Positions 9,167-20,135 are shown, counted from the stretch's first letter. The stretch is 49,351 bases of DNA from Bacilli bacterium (GCA_017940575.1 JAGAYJ010000033.1:1-49351), one strand, 5' to 3'. The notes: a model not told the origin generated them from the letters alone. Numbers and translations are program-made.

Positions 9167-9751
9167 TTATTCATATTTTTTAAAATTATTTGATTTAATA
9201 AATTCGCCATCTATATTAAATATAGCATCTACATTTTTTAAACTATTTATATATTTTAATTCCTCATTAATATCTTTACTTAGAAGTGTATGAGCAATTT
9301 TTTCACATTCTTTATCACTTATAACAGTTACAACACTTTTACCCTTTATATAACTAGATATACACTTATTTTTAGCTTTTATAACTTTTGTTACTTTTAA
9401 ATCATCAAGCGCATCAGGAAGCCCTATTCTAAATTCATTATCACTCAACCTAATAGTATTATCCATATTTATTATATATTTATTATAATGATTTTTATCT
9501 AAGTATTCTTTTACTAAATTATTTAAATATTCTTCTTTTTCATCCATTATTAAGTCATTATTATCTAAATATATTTGATTGATATCCTTAAATGCTTTTT
9601 TAGGTTCATATAATGCCCATATTTTAACGATTATTGTCTCATTAGAGTATTTGTATGTTTTAGTGTATTCACGCATCATAAAGCCATTTAAAATTAAAAA
9701 TACAACAAGTATAAATAAAATTGAATAAATAATAGTATTTATTTTATTCAT
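9167..9751 (-). CDS. Membrane-anchored protein, degenerate ApbE (flavin transferase)-like
   Basis: N-terminal TM; 'KYIINM', 'FRIGL', 'SVVTVIS' and 'LKYINSLKNVDAIFNIDGEFIKSNNF' echo the ApbE C-terminal half. Confidence 0.5.
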   Translation of the reverse strand: MNKINTIIYSILFILVVFLILNGFMMREYTKTYKYSNETIIVKIWALYEPKKAFKDINQIYLDNNDLIMDEKEEYLNNLVKEYLDKNHYNKYIINMDNTIRLSDNEFRIGLPDALDDLKVTKVIKAKNKCISSYIKGKSVVTVISDKECEKIAHTLLSKDINEELKYINSLKNVDAIFNIDGEFIKSNNFKKYE

Positions 9752-9797
9752 ATCATCACCACTAATATTATAACAAAAAAAGAACTTAAAATAAAAT

Positions 9798-10028
9798 CTA
9801 TTTTAAATTCTTCATATCAACTAATATTACATCATGTCCAATTGTTTTAATATCGCTAAATAAAACTTCTACTTCACTACTGCTTGGAATAAAGTTAAGT
9901 TTTGTCCTTTGAATTATAAAAGATATGATAGACCCTGTATCACTTATTACAGCATCTATTATTTTACCTATTTTCTTACCATCAGATAGATTAATTATAT
10001 CTTTATCTTGCAGATTACTCAAACGCAT
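9798..10028 (-). CDS. ylmC: YlmC/YmxH-family PRC-barrel sporulation protein
   Basis: MRLSNLQDKDIINLSDGKKIG...IGHDVILV; located downstream of sigG. Confidence 0.88.
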   Translation of the reverse strand: MRLSNLQDKDIINLSDGKKIGKIIDAVISDTGSIISFIIQRTKLNFIPSSSEVEVLFSDIKTIGHDVILVDMKNLK

Positions 10029-10051
10029 AAAACCACCTAATTCATTATATT

Positions 10052-10816
10052 CTATTTGATTAATTTTTTAATCTTTTCTATACCGTTTTTTTCTAGTCTT
10101 GATATTTGAGCTTGACTTATTCCAATTTCACTTGCGAGTTCTAATTGTGTTTTTCCTGTAATATACCTCTCTAAAATTATATATTGTTCTTTAGGTTTAA
10201 GCCTTTTTAAGGCTTCGTTTAAAGCTATCTTTGTATCATTATCATAATAATCTTTATCATCTTTTAACTGATCAGATAAATATATTGTATCTCCACCATC
10301 ATTATAGATAGGCTCAAACATACTAATTGTATCTTTCATAGAATCAATTGCTTCAACTATCTCTACCTCAGGTATATTAAGTAAGTTAGTAATTTCACTA
10401 ATTGAAGGTTCTCTGCCAAGTGTGCTTGTTAATTCTTCTCTTGCTTTTAATACTTTATAGGCTGTATCTTTAATACTTCTAGATATTCTAAGAGATGAGT
10501 TATCTCTTAAATATCTTCTAATTTCGCCTAATATCATTGGTACAGCATATGTTGAAAATTTAACTTCATGTGAAAGATCGAAGTTATCAATTGCTTTAAT
10601 AAGTCCAATACAACCCACTTGAAATAAATCATCCATATTATCTCTATTGTTATATTTCTTTAATATAGATAAAACAAGTTTTAAATTGCCATTAATTAAC
10701 TCTTCTTTCGCACTCACATCTCCACTTTGATATTTTTTAAATAAAATAATCATTTCTTCATGCGTTAATACTTTTAAATTAGATGTATTAACATTAGATA
10801 TTTCAACTTTGCTCAA
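10052..10816 (-). CDS. sigG: Sporulation sigma factor SigG (probable TTG start at 10816)
   Basis: KVEISNVNTSNLKVL N-terminus, DDLFQVGCIGLIKAIDNFD, FEPIYNDGGDTIY, GISQAQISRLEK; AAAGGAG RBS precedes the TTG. Confidence 0.93.
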   Translation of the reverse strand: MSKVEISNVNTSNLKVLTHEEMIILFKKYQSGDVSAKEELINGNLKLVLSILKKYNNRDNMDDLFQVGCIGLIKAIDNFDLSHEVKFSTYAVPMILGEIRRYLRDNSSLRISRSIKDTAYKVLKAREELTSTLGREPSISEITNLLNIPEVEIVEAIDSMKDTISMFEPIYNDGGDTIYLSDQLKDDKDYYDNDTKIALNEALKRLKPKEQYIILERYITGKTQLELASEIGISQAQISRLEKNGIEKIKKLIK

Positions 10817-10821
10817 TAAAA

Positions 10822-10865
10822 AATCTCCTTTCACTTTATTATGAGCAAAAGGAGATTCTTTATTC
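10822..10865 (-). promoter_or_regulatory. Sporulation-sigma (SigG/F-type) promoter and RBS-occluding hairpin
   Basis: GAATA-17-CATAATA on the minus strand; inverted repeat AATCTCCTTT/AAAGGAGATT includes the SD. Confidence 0.55.
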
Positions 10866-10867
10866 AT

Positions 10868-11266
10868 TTAAAAGATCATTGTTTTATCTAATTTTTTGAT
10901 GTGTTCAATTAAATCATAATGAGATGAAGCTAAAGTGTATTTTTGTGGAGCATAAAACTTAAATCTACTTTTTAGTTCTGTTAAAGTAATTGGTTTATTA
11001 AGTTTATATAAGTGCGCAATATGATATGCATATTCATATTTCATATGATTATTAAATTCAATATTCCCAATACCATTTTCATCAATTTTATCTGGATAAT
11101 GAACAACATTATCAATAACCATTATATATTTTAGACATGATGTATTTGATTCATATACATACATTGTTTTAATATCTTTTATTAAATAACTTCTAAATTC
11201 ATAATTCTTTAATTGTTCTTCTATATTTTTAGTATGTTCAGGTTTAATACTTATTAAAACGTCCAT
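10868..11266 (-). CDS. ASCH/PUA-domain protein
   Basis: 'LISIKPE..KNI....KNYEFR', 'MYVYES', 'PITLTELK...F.APQ'. Confidence 0.8.
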   Translation of the reverse strand: MDVLISIKPEHTKNIEEQLKNYEFRSYLIKDIKTMYVYESNTSCLKYIMVIDNVVHYPDKIDENGIGNIEFNNHMKYEYAYHIAHLYKLNKPITLTELKSRFKFYAPQKYTLASSHYDLIEHIKKLDKTMIF

Positions 11267-11307
11267 ATCATCACCTAATAAATTATACCAAAAAAAGAGT
11301 AATTTAT

Positions 11308-12303
11308 CTACTCTTCTGGGACTTTAATTTTAGTTTTAATTGGTTTTTTATATGATTTATAAATATCAAGTTCATTTATTGTTTTTAAAATTATTTTTTT
11401 AATTTCAATAAGTTCATTTTTACTATAATTTTTAATATTATCTAAAGAAATACATTCTTTATATATTATATTAAAAATTTTTGATATTTTATCACTTTCA
11501 AGACTATATATAGCTCTACTAGATTCTCTAAATAAGGCTTCTTTATAAAATAATTTTTGCCTGTTTATATTTAATTTAAAATAATCTTCATCAAATGCAT
11601 CATTATACATTAAATCTATTTGAAGAGGTTTTAAAATTGATACAATTCTTTCTTTTGGTATATGATTATAATATATGATTTCTTTCGCACTTTTACTATA
11701 ATTAAATACTCTAGAATATAAATCGGTAAAAGCATATTTACTATACTTATCTTTTTTAACCAAATATTTTTTTATACCTTCAATTTTATCTTGACTCGAT
11801 AAATCAAGAGCAATTAAATTATTATCAAATAGTTCATTTACATCACTATCAATTACAGCTACTTCATGAATTTCTTGTCTTAAATAATAATTAAATAGTT
11901 TATCAAAATCCTTTGTAAAAGATATCCATGGTGTATTAAAGTATTCACTTCCATTTAATATGTGAGAGTTAACAGTTGCTAATACACTAAAAATAGTTTG
12001 TAATTTTTCAATATCACACATATTGCTCATATCAAAGTTATTTCTTTTTTGATATTCATTCAAATAATATAAATCATCTTTACTAATAAAATTTTTAAGT
12101 TCCTCATTATTAAATGAATTTAATATATCTTTACTTTTGATATTTTTTGCTTCACTATACATAGGTTGTATAAGAGAATATAAGAAATCAAATCTATCTT
12201 TAACGATATTGTATAAAACATTTTTTGCATATAACCCATTTTTATATGGATCAACAATAATATCTAAGTTATTAAGTGCTCTATATACATACATCTTTAT
12301 CAC
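11308..12303 (-). CDS. Hypothetical protein, ADP-ribosyltransferase-like (R-S-E clade)
   Basis: YVYRAL, PWISFTKD and KEIIYYNHIPKERI motifs in the order expected for an ART fold. Confidence 0.5.
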   Translation of the reverse strand: MIKMYVYRALNNLDIIVDPYKNGLYAKNVLYNIVKDRFDFLYSLIQPMYSEAKNIKSKDILNSFNNEELKNFISKDDLYYLNEYQKRNNFDMSNMCDIEKLQTIFSVLATVNSHILNGSEYFNTPWISFTKDFDKLFNYYLRQEIHEVAVIDSDVNELFDNNLIALDLSSQDKIEGIKKYLVKKDKYSKYAFTDLYSRVFNYSKSAKEIIYYNHIPKERIVSILKPLQIDLMYNDAFDEDYFKLNINRQKLFYKEALFRESSRAIYSLESDKISKIFNIIYKECISLDNIKNYSKNELIEIKKIILKTINELDIYKSYKKPIKTKIKVPEE

Positions 12304-12353
12304 TCCATGTGTGCTATTATATCATTTAATAAAGAAATGTCAAAAAAATACCA

Positions 12354-13460
12354 TTATAGGTATTTTTTTAGTTTATCATATTCACTTGATTTAATATTTG
12401 TTTTATTTAACTCTTCAAATAATTTCTTTTGCTCACGAGATAATTTCTTAGGTATTTCAACTTCTAATATTACATACATATCTCCTGTATGAGATGAATT
12501 AGGTCTTTTAACCCCTTTACCTCTAAGTCTTTGTTTATCATTAGTTTTAGATCCAGCAGGTATAGTTAAAGTAACAGGTCCATATAGAGTTGGAATATCT
12601 ATTTTACATCCTAGAACTGCTTGTGTAATTGTAATTGGAACAACTAAGTAAATATCTTCTTCATCTCTTTTAAATATAGGGTGTTCTTTAACATTAAATT
12701 CAATATAAACATCCCCATTAGCACCACCATTAACACCAGCTTCACCTTTTCCGGCTAAGCGTAGTCTTAAACCTGTATCAACACCTGCAGGTATTTTAAC
12801 GTCTAACGTTTTATTATTAACAACTCTACCTGTTCCTCTACATTTTGAGCAAGTTGATTCAAATGTTACGCCTTTACCACCACATCTAGAACATGTAGTT
12901 TTAGTCATAAATGTACCAAAGATTGTACTTTGTTGTCTAGATACTTGACCTGTTCCATTACAATCAGGGCATCTTTTTTCACCCTTGCCACCTTTACCAT
13001 GACAATCACTACATTCTTCTGAAACATCTATATTAATTGATTTAGAAGATCCAAATACAGCTTCTTCAAAAGTTAAATTCATACGCATTAATGTATCATT
13101 ACCACGTCTTGGTCTATTTTTACTTTGGCCTCTACCTCCAAAGCCAAAGCCAGTACCAAATAAATCACCAAATATATCTGAAAAATCAAAATCCCCAAAA
13201 TCGAATCCCTGAGCACCACTTCCACCAAATCCATTATTTTCAAAAGCAGCATGACCAAATTGATCATATTGTTGTCTTTTATTTGAATCTGATAGTACAG
13301 CATAAGCTTCTTGAGCTTCTTTAAATTTTTCTGCTGCATTAGGTTCTTTAGATACATCAGGGTGATATTTTTTAGCAAGCTTACGGAATGCTGATTTTAT
13401 CTCAGCATCCGTTGCATTCTTACCTACACCTAAGACCTCATAATAGTCTTTTTTATTCAT
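12354..13460 (-). CDS. dnaJ: Chaperone DnaJ
   Basis: J domain with HPD, G/F region, four CxxCxGxG repeats. Confidence 0.98.
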   Translation of the reverse strand: MNKKDYYEVLGVGKNATDAEIKSAFRKLAKKYHPDVSKEPNAAEKFKEAQEAYAVLSDSNKRQQYDQFGHAAFENNGFGGSGAQGFDFGDFDFSDIFGDLFGTGFGFGGRGQSKNRPRRGNDTLMRMNLTFEEAVFGSSKSINIDVSEECSDCHGKGGKGEKRCPDCNGTGQVSRQQSTIFGTFMTKTTCSRCGGKGVTFESTCSKCRGTGRVVNNKTLDVKIPAGVDTGLRLRLAGKGEAGVNGGANGDVYIEFNVKEHPIFKRDEEDIYLVVPITITQAVLGCKIDIPTLYGPVTLTIPAGSKTNDKQRLRGKGVKRPNSSHTGDMYVILEVEIPKKLSREQKKLFEELNKTNIKSSEYDKLKKYL

Positions 13461-13482
13461 AATGTTACTCCTTTCATGATGC

Positions 13483-15267
13483 TTATATTAAACTTTTTAA
13501 CTCTTCTACTTTTTCTTTAAATACTTTTAAAGCATCATTAACAGTATCAGGTTTTGTCATATCAATACCTGTTTTCTTAAGTATATTTAAAGGGTAATCA
13601 GAACCACCACTTGATAAGAAATCAAGATAGTTTTCTAAGGCATGTTCTTTACCATTTAATATATCATTAGCTATTTTAATAGCACATGATAATCCTGTAG
13701 CATATTTATATACATAAAATGAAGTATAAAAATGAGGAATTCTTGCCCATTCGAAGCGTATTAAATCATCACTTACTACATTATCACCATAATATAGTTT
13801 ATTTAACTCGAAGTAAGTATTAGAAAATTCTTCTTCAGTAAGAGCAATGCCATTTGCTTCTTTTTCATGCATTATTTTCTCAAACTCAGCAAACATAGTT
13901 TGTCTATAGATAGTTGTTCTAATTTTCTCTAATAAATCAGTTAAGTAATATATTTTTTCTTCTTTAGTTTTCGCATTTCTATATAAATATTCATTTAATA
14001 ATATTTCATTTGTAGTGGATGCTATCTCGGCTAAGAAGATTGCATAATTATGATTTACATAGTTTTGATTTAATTTAGAATAATACGAATGCATTGAATG
14101 ACCTAACTCATGTGCCATAGTACTTACTGAATCAAAGTTATCAGTATAGTTAAGTAGAACATATGGATATGAGTCATAGCATCCCCAACTATAAGCACCT
14201 GATTTTTTACCAATATTCGGATATATATCAATCCAGTGCTCATCAAATGCTTTTTCTAAATCTTTTAAATATCTATCTCCAAGAGGTCTTAAAGCATCAA
14301 ATACTAGTTTTTTACCATCAGCGAACGGTATATTTAATTCAACTTTATCAGTTAAATCAACATACATATCATACATATGAAGTTCATCTAAATTTAAGAT
14401 TTTTTTCTTTAGAGCCATATATTCATACATAGTATCTAAGTTATTATGAATAGATTCTATTAAACTATCATATACACTTATATCAATATTATCTTCAAAT
14501 AAACTTTGTTTAATAGGACTTTCAAAGCCTCTAACTTTAGATGAGAAGAAGTTTTCTTTAATATTTCCTTTTAAACATGCAGCAATTGTATTTTTAAGTC
14601 CTTTAAAATAATTATACATAGAATTAAAAGCATCAATTCTAACTCTTCTATCTTTACTATTCATATATTTTGAATAGTTAGCATGAGTAAGTTCTACATC
14701 AACACCATTTTCATCTTTAATAGTTCCTAAGTTAACATCTGTATTATCAATATTATTAAATACATCATCACCAGTACCCATTGCGTTAGATGCAAGTGTA
14801 ATAATTTCTTCTTCTTTTTCGCTTAAAATATAAGGTTTATTTCTAAATAATTGTTCTAAATCAAAACTATATTCTTTAAGTCTAGAGTCTTCTTCAATAT
14901 ATTTTTTAATAACTTCATAATCACATTTTAATATCTCAGGAGTTATAAATGTTGTTTTTTCTGATACATCATTAATTAGTTTTTCTACTTCCATAAAAAG
15001 TGCTTGTGATTTAGAATTAGTTGTATCTGAGTCATAATTCATATGACTATAGCAATATAATTTTTCTATTTCTCTAGATAATTTTTCATTTGTTTGATAA
15101 AAATTATATAACGAATCACTAGAGTCACATATATGACCTTTAAATTTAAGAAGTTCTTCTAAAATATTTTTAATATCACTTTTAATCTCATCAACACTCT
15201 TATCAAGCATTACATCTAAATTCCATTTAAACTTACTATCTACTTCATTTCTTAAACGTTCTTTCAT
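13483..15267 (-). CDS. pepF: Oligoendopeptidase F (M3B)
   Basis: HELGH zinc motif, [27 protein letters not shown]. Confidence 0.95.
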   Translation of the reverse strand: MKERLRNEVDSKFKWNLDVMLDKSVDEIKSDIKNILEELLKFKGHICDSSDSLYNFYQTNEKLSREIEKLYCYSHMNYDSDTTNSKSQALFMEVEKLINDVSEKTTFITPEILKCDYEVIKKYIEEDSRLKEYSFDLEQLFRNKPYILSEKEEEIITLASNAMGTGDDVFNNIDNTDVNLGTIKDENGVDVELTHANYSKYMNSKDRRVRIDAFNSMYNYFKGLKNTIAACLKGNIKENFFSSKVRGFESPIKQSLFEDNIDISVYDSLIESIHNNLDTMYEYMALKKKILNLDELHMYDMYVDLTDKVELNIPFADGKKLVFDALRPLGDRYLKDLEKAFDEHWIDIYPNIGKKSGAYSWGCYDSYPYVLLNYTDNFDSVSTMAHELGHSMHSYYSKLNQNYVNHNYAIFLAEIASTTNEILLNEYLYRNAKTKEEKIYYLTDLLEKIRTTIYRQTMFAEFEKIMHEKEANGIALTEEEFSNTYFELNKLYYGDNVVSDDLIRFEWARIPHFYTSFYVYKYATGLSCAIKIANDILNGKEHALENYLDFLSSGGSDYPLNILKKTGIDMTKPDTVNDALKVFKEKVEELKSLI

Positions 15268-15294
15268 GTTTTACCCTTTCTATTTAATAATCAA

Positions 15295-15319
15295 GAAGTT
15301 CTAGTATACCTAGAACTTC
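15295..15319 (-). terminator. Stem-loop between dnaK and pepF (terminator or stabiliser)
   Basis: 10-bp perfect stem GAAGTTCTAG/CTAGAACTTC with a 5-nt loop. Confidence 0.6.
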
Positions 15320-15329
15320 ATTTGACTTA

Positions 15330-17147
15330 TTATTTTTCAGTGTATTCAGCATCAATTGTATCATCTGATTTTGCATTAGATGATTCAGTATTGTTTTGTG
15401 CTTCTTGTTGAGCTTTAGCAATATCTTCATATACTTTTTGAGCGAATGCCATAGCAGTTTCTTGTAGGGCATCCTTTTTAGTTTTAATATCATCGATATT
15501 ACCTTTTTCAAGTGCTTCTTTTAAGTCTTTTATTTGACCTTCAGCTTTTTCTTTATCAGCGCTTGATACTTTATCTCCTAAATCTTTTAGAGATTTTTCA
15601 GTTTGGTTAACTAATTGTTCAGCTTCATTTTTAAGATCTGCTTCTTCTTTTCTTTTTTGATCTGCTTCTCTGTTTGCTTCAGCTTCCTTAACCATTCTAT
15701 CGATTTCTTCATCTGATAAATTAGTTGAAGATGTAATTGTAATTGATTGTTCTTTTCCTGTTCCTAAATCTTTAGCTTTAACATTTACGATACCATTAGC
15801 ATCTATATCAAATGTAACTTCGATTTGAGGTACTCCTCTTGGAGCAGCAGGAATATTAGTTAATTGGAAACGTCCAAGTGTTTTGTTATCACTAGCCATT
15901 GGTCGCTCACCTTGTAAGATATGAATATCTACAGCTGGTTGATTATCTACAGCAGTTGAAAATACTTGTGATTTACTTGTTGGAATTGTAGTATTTCTTG
16001 GAATTAATACAGTACATACATTACCTAAAGTTTCAATACCAAGTGATAGTGGTGTTACATCTAGAAGTACGATATCATCTACTTCACCAGTTAAAACACC
16101 ACCTTGAATAGCTGCACCCATAGCAACTACTTCATCAGGGTTAACTCCTTTAGATGGTTCTTTACCAAGTTCTGCTTTAATTAAATCAACAACTTTTGGT
16201 ATACGTGTAGATCCACCTACTAATAATATTTTATCAATATCATTCTTAGTTAAGTTAGCATCTTTTAGTGCATTTCTAACAGGTTCCATAGTAGAATCTA
16301 ACAAATCAGAAATTAAGTCTTCAAATTTAGCACGAGTTAAATTAACTTGTAAGTGAAGTGGTCCAGATTCTGATTGAGTGATAAATGGTATAGATACTTC
16401 TGTTGAAGTCATACCAGATAAGTCTTTTTTAGCTTTTTCTGCAGCATCTTTAACACGTTGCATAGCCATTTTATCATTTGTTAAATCAATTCCGTTTTCA
16501 CGTTTAAATTCACTTACTAAATAGTCCATTACACGGTTATCGAAGTCATCTCCACCTAAATGGTTATTACCACTAGTAGAAAGTACCTCAAATACACCAT
16601 CACCAAGTTCTAGAATAGATACATCGAATGTACCTCCACCTAAGTCATAAACTAAGATTTTTTCATTTTTATCTTGTTTATCTAAACCATAAGCTAAAGC
16701 TGCAGCTGTTGGTTCATTGATAATTCTTTCAACTTCTAAGCCAGCTATTTTACCAGCATCTTTTGTTGCTTGTCTTTGAGAGTCATTAAAGTATGCAGGA
16801 ACAGTAATTACTGCTTTTGTAACAGTTTCACCAAGATATGCTTCTGCAGTTTTCTTTAAGTCTCCTAAAATCATAGCTGAAATTTCTTGTGGAGTATAGT
16901 CTTTTCCATTAACGTGTACTTTTTCACTAGTACCCATTAATCTTTTAATTGAATATACTACATCTGGATTTGTAATCATTTGGTTTTTAGCTTTAATACC
17001 AACGATTGTCTCTCCACCTTTGAATGCTACGACAGATGGTGTAGTTCTATTTCCTTCTGGATTAGCTATTACTTTAGCTTCTCCTGATTCATAAATTGCA
17101 ACACAACTATTAGTTGTACCTAAGTCAATACCTATTGTTTTACTCAT
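15330..17147 (-). CDS. dnaK: Chaperone DnaK (Hsp70)
   Basis: [27 protein letters not shown]. Confidence 0.99.
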   Translation of the reverse strand: MSKTIGIDLGTTNSCVAIYESGEAKVIANPEGNRTTPSVVAFKGGETIVGIKAKNQMITNPDVVYSIKRLMGTSEKVHVNGKDYTPQEISAMILGDLKKTAEAYLGETVTKAVITVPAYFNDSQRQATKDAGKIAGLEVERIINEPTAAALAYGLDKQDKNEKILVYDLGGGTFDVSILELGDGVFEVLSTSGNNHLGGDDFDNRVMDYLVSEFKRENGIDLTNDKMAMQRVKDAAEKAKKDLSGMTSTEVSIPFITQSESGPLHLQVNLTRAKFEDLISDLLDSTMEPVRNALKDANLTKNDIDKILLVGGSTRIPKVVDLIKAELGKEPSKGVNPDEVVAMGAAIQGGVLTGEVDDIVLLDVTPLSLGIETLGNVCTVLIPRNTTIPTSKSQVFSTAVDNQPAVDIHILQGERPMASDNKTLGRFQLTNIPAAPRGVPQIEVTFDIDANGIVNVKAKDLGTGKEQSITITSSTNLSDEEIDRMVKEAEANREADQKRKEEADLKNEAEQLVNQTEKSLKDLGDKVSSADKEKAEGQIKDLKEALEKGNIDDIKTKKDALQETAMAFAQKVYEDIAKAQQEAQNNTESSNAKSDDTIDAEYTEK

Positions 17148-17160
17148 ATTATCCTCTCCT

Positions 17161-17736
17161 TTATTCGCTTACTTTAACCATTGCTGGTCTAAGTACTTTA
17201 TCTTTTAAGATATAACCTTTTCTAAGTATTTCAATAACCATTCCAGGCTCCATATCACAAGACTCTGTCATTACTGCTTGATGATAAGCGGGATCAAATG
17301 GTTTATTATTCCCATCAATAGCTTTTACGTCGTATTTTTCTAAAATACCAAGTAAATTAGCATAAATCATTTTAAAACCAGATAAGAATTTAGAAACTTC
17401 ATCAGTTAAATTATTATCATCCATCTTTATTGCAGATTCAAATGTATCAATAATAGTAAGCATATCAGAAACTAATTCTTCATCTTTATATTTAAGCATT
17501 CTTGATATTTCTTCATCTTTTCTTTTTCTATAATTAATCATTTCAGCTTTATCACGTAATGCTTTTTCTTCTAACTCTTTTATTTTATCTTCATATTCTT
17601 TTAGTTTATCATTTTCTGATTCTTCTAATTGTTTGATTTTTTCATCTAAGATTTTCATCATATCTTCTTTTGTTATATTTTTAGTTTCTTTTTTAGGTTT
17701 CTTTTTTTCTTCTTTTATTTCATCATGTTTTTCCAT
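17161..17736 (-). CDS. grpE: Nucleotide exchange factor GrpE
   Basis: [21 protein letters not shown]...VLRPAMVKV. Confidence 0.96.
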   Translation of the reverse strand: MEKHDEIKEEKKKPKKETKNITKEDMMKILDEKIKQLEESENDKLKEYEDKIKELEEKALRDKAEMINYRKRKDEEISRMLKYKDEELVSDMLTIIDTFESAIKMDDNNLTDEVSKFLSGFKMIYANLLGILEKYDVKAIDGNNKPFDPAYHQAVMTESCDMEPGMVIEILRKGYILKDKVLRPAMVKVSE

Positions 17737-17744
17737 TTAGTCAC

Positions 17745-18734
17745 CTACTTTTCTATGTTCTCTTTAATATAGTTTAAAAGAGTTGTTACACGGTCATATT
17801 CCATTCTTTTAGGACCGATTAGAGCAATTGTACCTTCTTCACCATTTACGTTATATTTTGTCTTTATTATAGTCATATCATCATCAAATTCATTTTCGCT
17901 ACCAATATATATGTTAACACCATTATCTTCTTCTTTTATTTTATTAATTAAACTCTTATCTTCAAATTTATCTAAAATATTTTTCATCTTATCAATATTA
18001 TTAAATTCAGGCTGTTTTAACATATTATTAGCTCTGTTAACTCTAACCTCAGCATCTTCCTTAAATTCATTAAATACATTATATAATGCATCAAATATCG
18101 CTTTTTGTTGTTTTACGCTTGTTGCTATTTGAGGTTTTACTTCTAACTCTAGCTTCATACTAACTTCATCAATAGGTGTTCCAACAATAAATCTATTAAT
18201 TAAATCGACAGTTTGTTTTATTTCTAGTGGTGATACTACTTCATTAGTAGATACATTTCTACTTTCTACATGTCCTTTATCAGTAATTACTATAGCCACC
18301 ATACTAGTCTCACTTATTGGAACAACTTCTACTTTGCTTATTTTATTTTCACTTGATGATTTACCTAAGACAATTGACGTATAGTTTGTTAAATCAGATA
18401 TAATCTCCATACTTTTTACAATTGCATCTGAAAGTTGTAATGATTTATTTTCAAATATACGTTGAAGTGTTAAAACATCTTCACCAGTAAGTTCTTTTGG
18501 ACGCATTATGTTATCTACATAATATCTATATCCTTTTTCACTTGGAACTCTGCCTGATGATGTATGTGTTTTTTCTAAATACCCTAAATTTTCTAGTGTA
18601 TTCATCTCACTTCTGATTGTAGCACTTGAGCAATTTAACTCATCACATAAAGCACTTGAACCAATTGGCTTTGCAGACTTTATATATTCTTCTACAATAA
18701 GTTTTAAGATGTTTTTTTGTCTTTCTTGGATCAT
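17745..18734 (-). CDS. hrcA: Heat-inducible repressor HrcA
   Basis: SSATIR, HTSSGRVPS..GYRYYV, IGPKRMEY. Confidence 0.96.
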   Translation of the reverse strand: MIQERQKNILKLIVEEYIKSAKPIGSSALCDELNCSSATIRSEMNTLENLGYLEKTHTSSGRVPSEKGYRYYVDNIMRPKELTGEDVLTLQRIFENKSLQLSDAIVKSMEIISDLTNYTSIVLGKSSSENKISKVEVVPISETSMVAIVITDKGHVESRNVSTNEVVSPLEIKQTVDLINRFIVGTPIDEVSMKLELEVKPQIATSVKQQKAIFDALYNVFNEFKEDAEVRVNRANNMLKQPEFNNIDKMKNILDKFEDKSLINKIKEEDNGVNIYIGSENEFDDDMTIIKTKYNVNGEEGTIALIGPKRMEYDRVTTLLNYIKENIEK

Positions 18735-18747
18735 TACATCACCTCTT

Positions 18748-18774
18748 TTAGCACTCTACTTCCTTTAGTGCTAC
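18748..18774. promoter_or_regulatory. CIRCE operator 1
   Basis: TTAGCACTC-N9-TAGTGCTAC, 2 mismatches to TTAGCACTC-N9-GAGTGCTAA. Confidence 0.85.
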
Positions 18775-18778
18775 TCTC

Positions 18779-18807
18779 ATTATACTAGTATATGTTAGCA
18801 ATGTCAA
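18779..18807 (-). promoter_or_regulatory. Consensus SigA promoter of the hrcA operon
   Basis: TTGACA-17-TATAAT on the minus strand. Confidence 0.88.
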
Positions 18808-18821
18808 TATATGAGTGCTAA
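18795..18821. promoter_or_regulatory. CIRCE operator 2, overlapping the -35
   Basis: TTAGCAATG-N9-GAGTGCTAA. Confidence 0.82.
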
Positions 18822-18845
18822 ATTTTAAAAAATTAAAAAAGTAAG

Positions 18846-19442
18846 TTAAACACCTACTTCATTTTTTAATTTATTTTTTATTCTTTGTATTGCATTATCA
18901 ATAGCTTTAGGTTCCTTATCTAAAAGCTCTGCTATTTCTTTATAATTAAAACCACTTGCTTTTAAATCAAAAACTTGAAGTTCTAAATCAGTTAAACATT
19001 CATTGGCTTTATCTTTTAAATCTTGTAATTTTTCTTCGTTTATTAATATTTTCTCCGGATTAGATGTATCATTTTTAAAAGCATATTCTAAATCACTAAA
19101 AGCAGCATCTATTGAAATAGACTCATTTAAAGCTTTTTGATGATTTCTGCTTGAAACGACAACAGCAGATATAATCTTTCTTTCAATGCAAAGTTTAGCA
19201 TACGTATAAAACATTGTCTCTCCATTTTCATCAAATGTATCAATTGCTTTAGATAAACCTAACATGCCTTCTTGTATTAAATCATTTAATTCAAGTCCTA
19301 CTTTTTTTCCATATTTATACATTCTTTTAGCGGTTTTATATATAAGTGGTTCATATTTTTTATACATTATATTATTAGCATCTTCATTATTCTCAGCAAT
19401 ATAGTCTAATAATTCATAATCATTATAATCTTTATAATTCAT
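18846..19442 (-). CDS. sigH: SigH (Spo0H)-like sigma factor
   Basis: DLIQEGMLGL, YAKLCIER, HQKALNESIS, KAIDNAIQRIKNK; follows rlmB. Confidence 0.85.
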   Translation of the reverse strand: MNYKDYNDYELLDYIAENNEDANNIMYKKYEPLIYKTAKRMYKYGKKVGLELNDLIQEGMLGLSKAIDTFDENGETMFYTYAKLCIERKIISAVVVSSRNHQKALNESISIDAAFSDLEYAFKNDTSNPEKILINEEKLQDLKDKANECLTDLELQVFDLKASGFNYKEIAELLDKEPKAIDNAIQRIKNKLKNEVGV

Positions 19443-20133
19443 GTCTTGCCTTTACTGCTTCAAAAATAACAATTGCAGTAGCAACTGATGCGTTTAGACT
19501 ATTTACTTTACCATACATTGGAATTGATGCTATAAAATCACAATTCTTTTCAACTAATTCAGATATACCCTTTCCTTCGTTTCCAATTATTATACAAGTT
19601 TTACCTTTATAATCAATCTTAGAATAATCAGTTCCTTCCATATCTGTTCCAACAATCCAGTATCCATTATCTTTTAAATACTTGATTGTCTGATTTAAAT
19701 TAGTTACTCTAATTATATTCATATTATTAATTGTACCCGTACTTGTTTTTATAACAGTTGAATTAACATCACATGCTCTATCTTTTGGAATAATTATTGC
19801 ATCAACCCCAGCTGCTTCACAAGTCCTTATAATTGCACCAAAATTATGAGGATCTTCTATGTGGTCAAGCATTACAATTAAAGCATCCTCTAAATTATCT
19901 AAAACACTTAAATCAGCATATTTATAGTCTTCTACATCTAAAATAACTCCTTGGTGCATTGCATCTACCATTTTATCCATTTCATAATTTTGTCTTATAT
20001 TAAATTTCAAATTAGTTTTTTTAAGACCATTTAATATATCTTGATCATCAAATGATTTAGATAAAAAAATCTTATTTATTTTAGTATTTGATTCAAGTGC
20101 TGATTTAACAACATTTTTACCATATATATACAT
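19432..20133 (-). CDS. rlmB: 23S rRNA (G2251)-2'-O-methyltransferase
   Basis: HQGV, DPHNFGAIIRT, GNEGKG, SLNASVA SpoU motifs. Confidence 0.93.
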   Translation of the reverse strand: MYIYGKNVVKSALESNTKINKIFLSKSFDDQDILNGLKKTNLKFNIRQNYEMDKMVDAMHQGVILDVEDYKYADLSVLDNLEDALIVMLDHIEDPHNFGAIIRTCEAAGVDAIIIPKDRACDVNSTVIKTSTGTINNMNIIRVTNLNQTIKYLKDNGYWIVGTDMEGTDYSKIDYKGKTCIIIGNEGKGISELVEKNCDFIASIPMYGKVNSLNASVATAIVIFEAVKARHEL

Positions 20134-20135
20134 AT

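Noticed and set aside
10817-10867. 17-aa N-terminal extension of SigG in the ORF track
   Set aside because: The RBS and homology support the TTG at 10816; the extension covers the promoter and hairpin
13088-13378. Alternative-frame ORFs inside dnaJ
   Set aside because: Nested in a conserved gene; codon-bias artefacts
15284-15511. 75-aa ORF overlapping the dnaK 3' end
   Set aside because: Alternative-frame shadow with no recognisable motif
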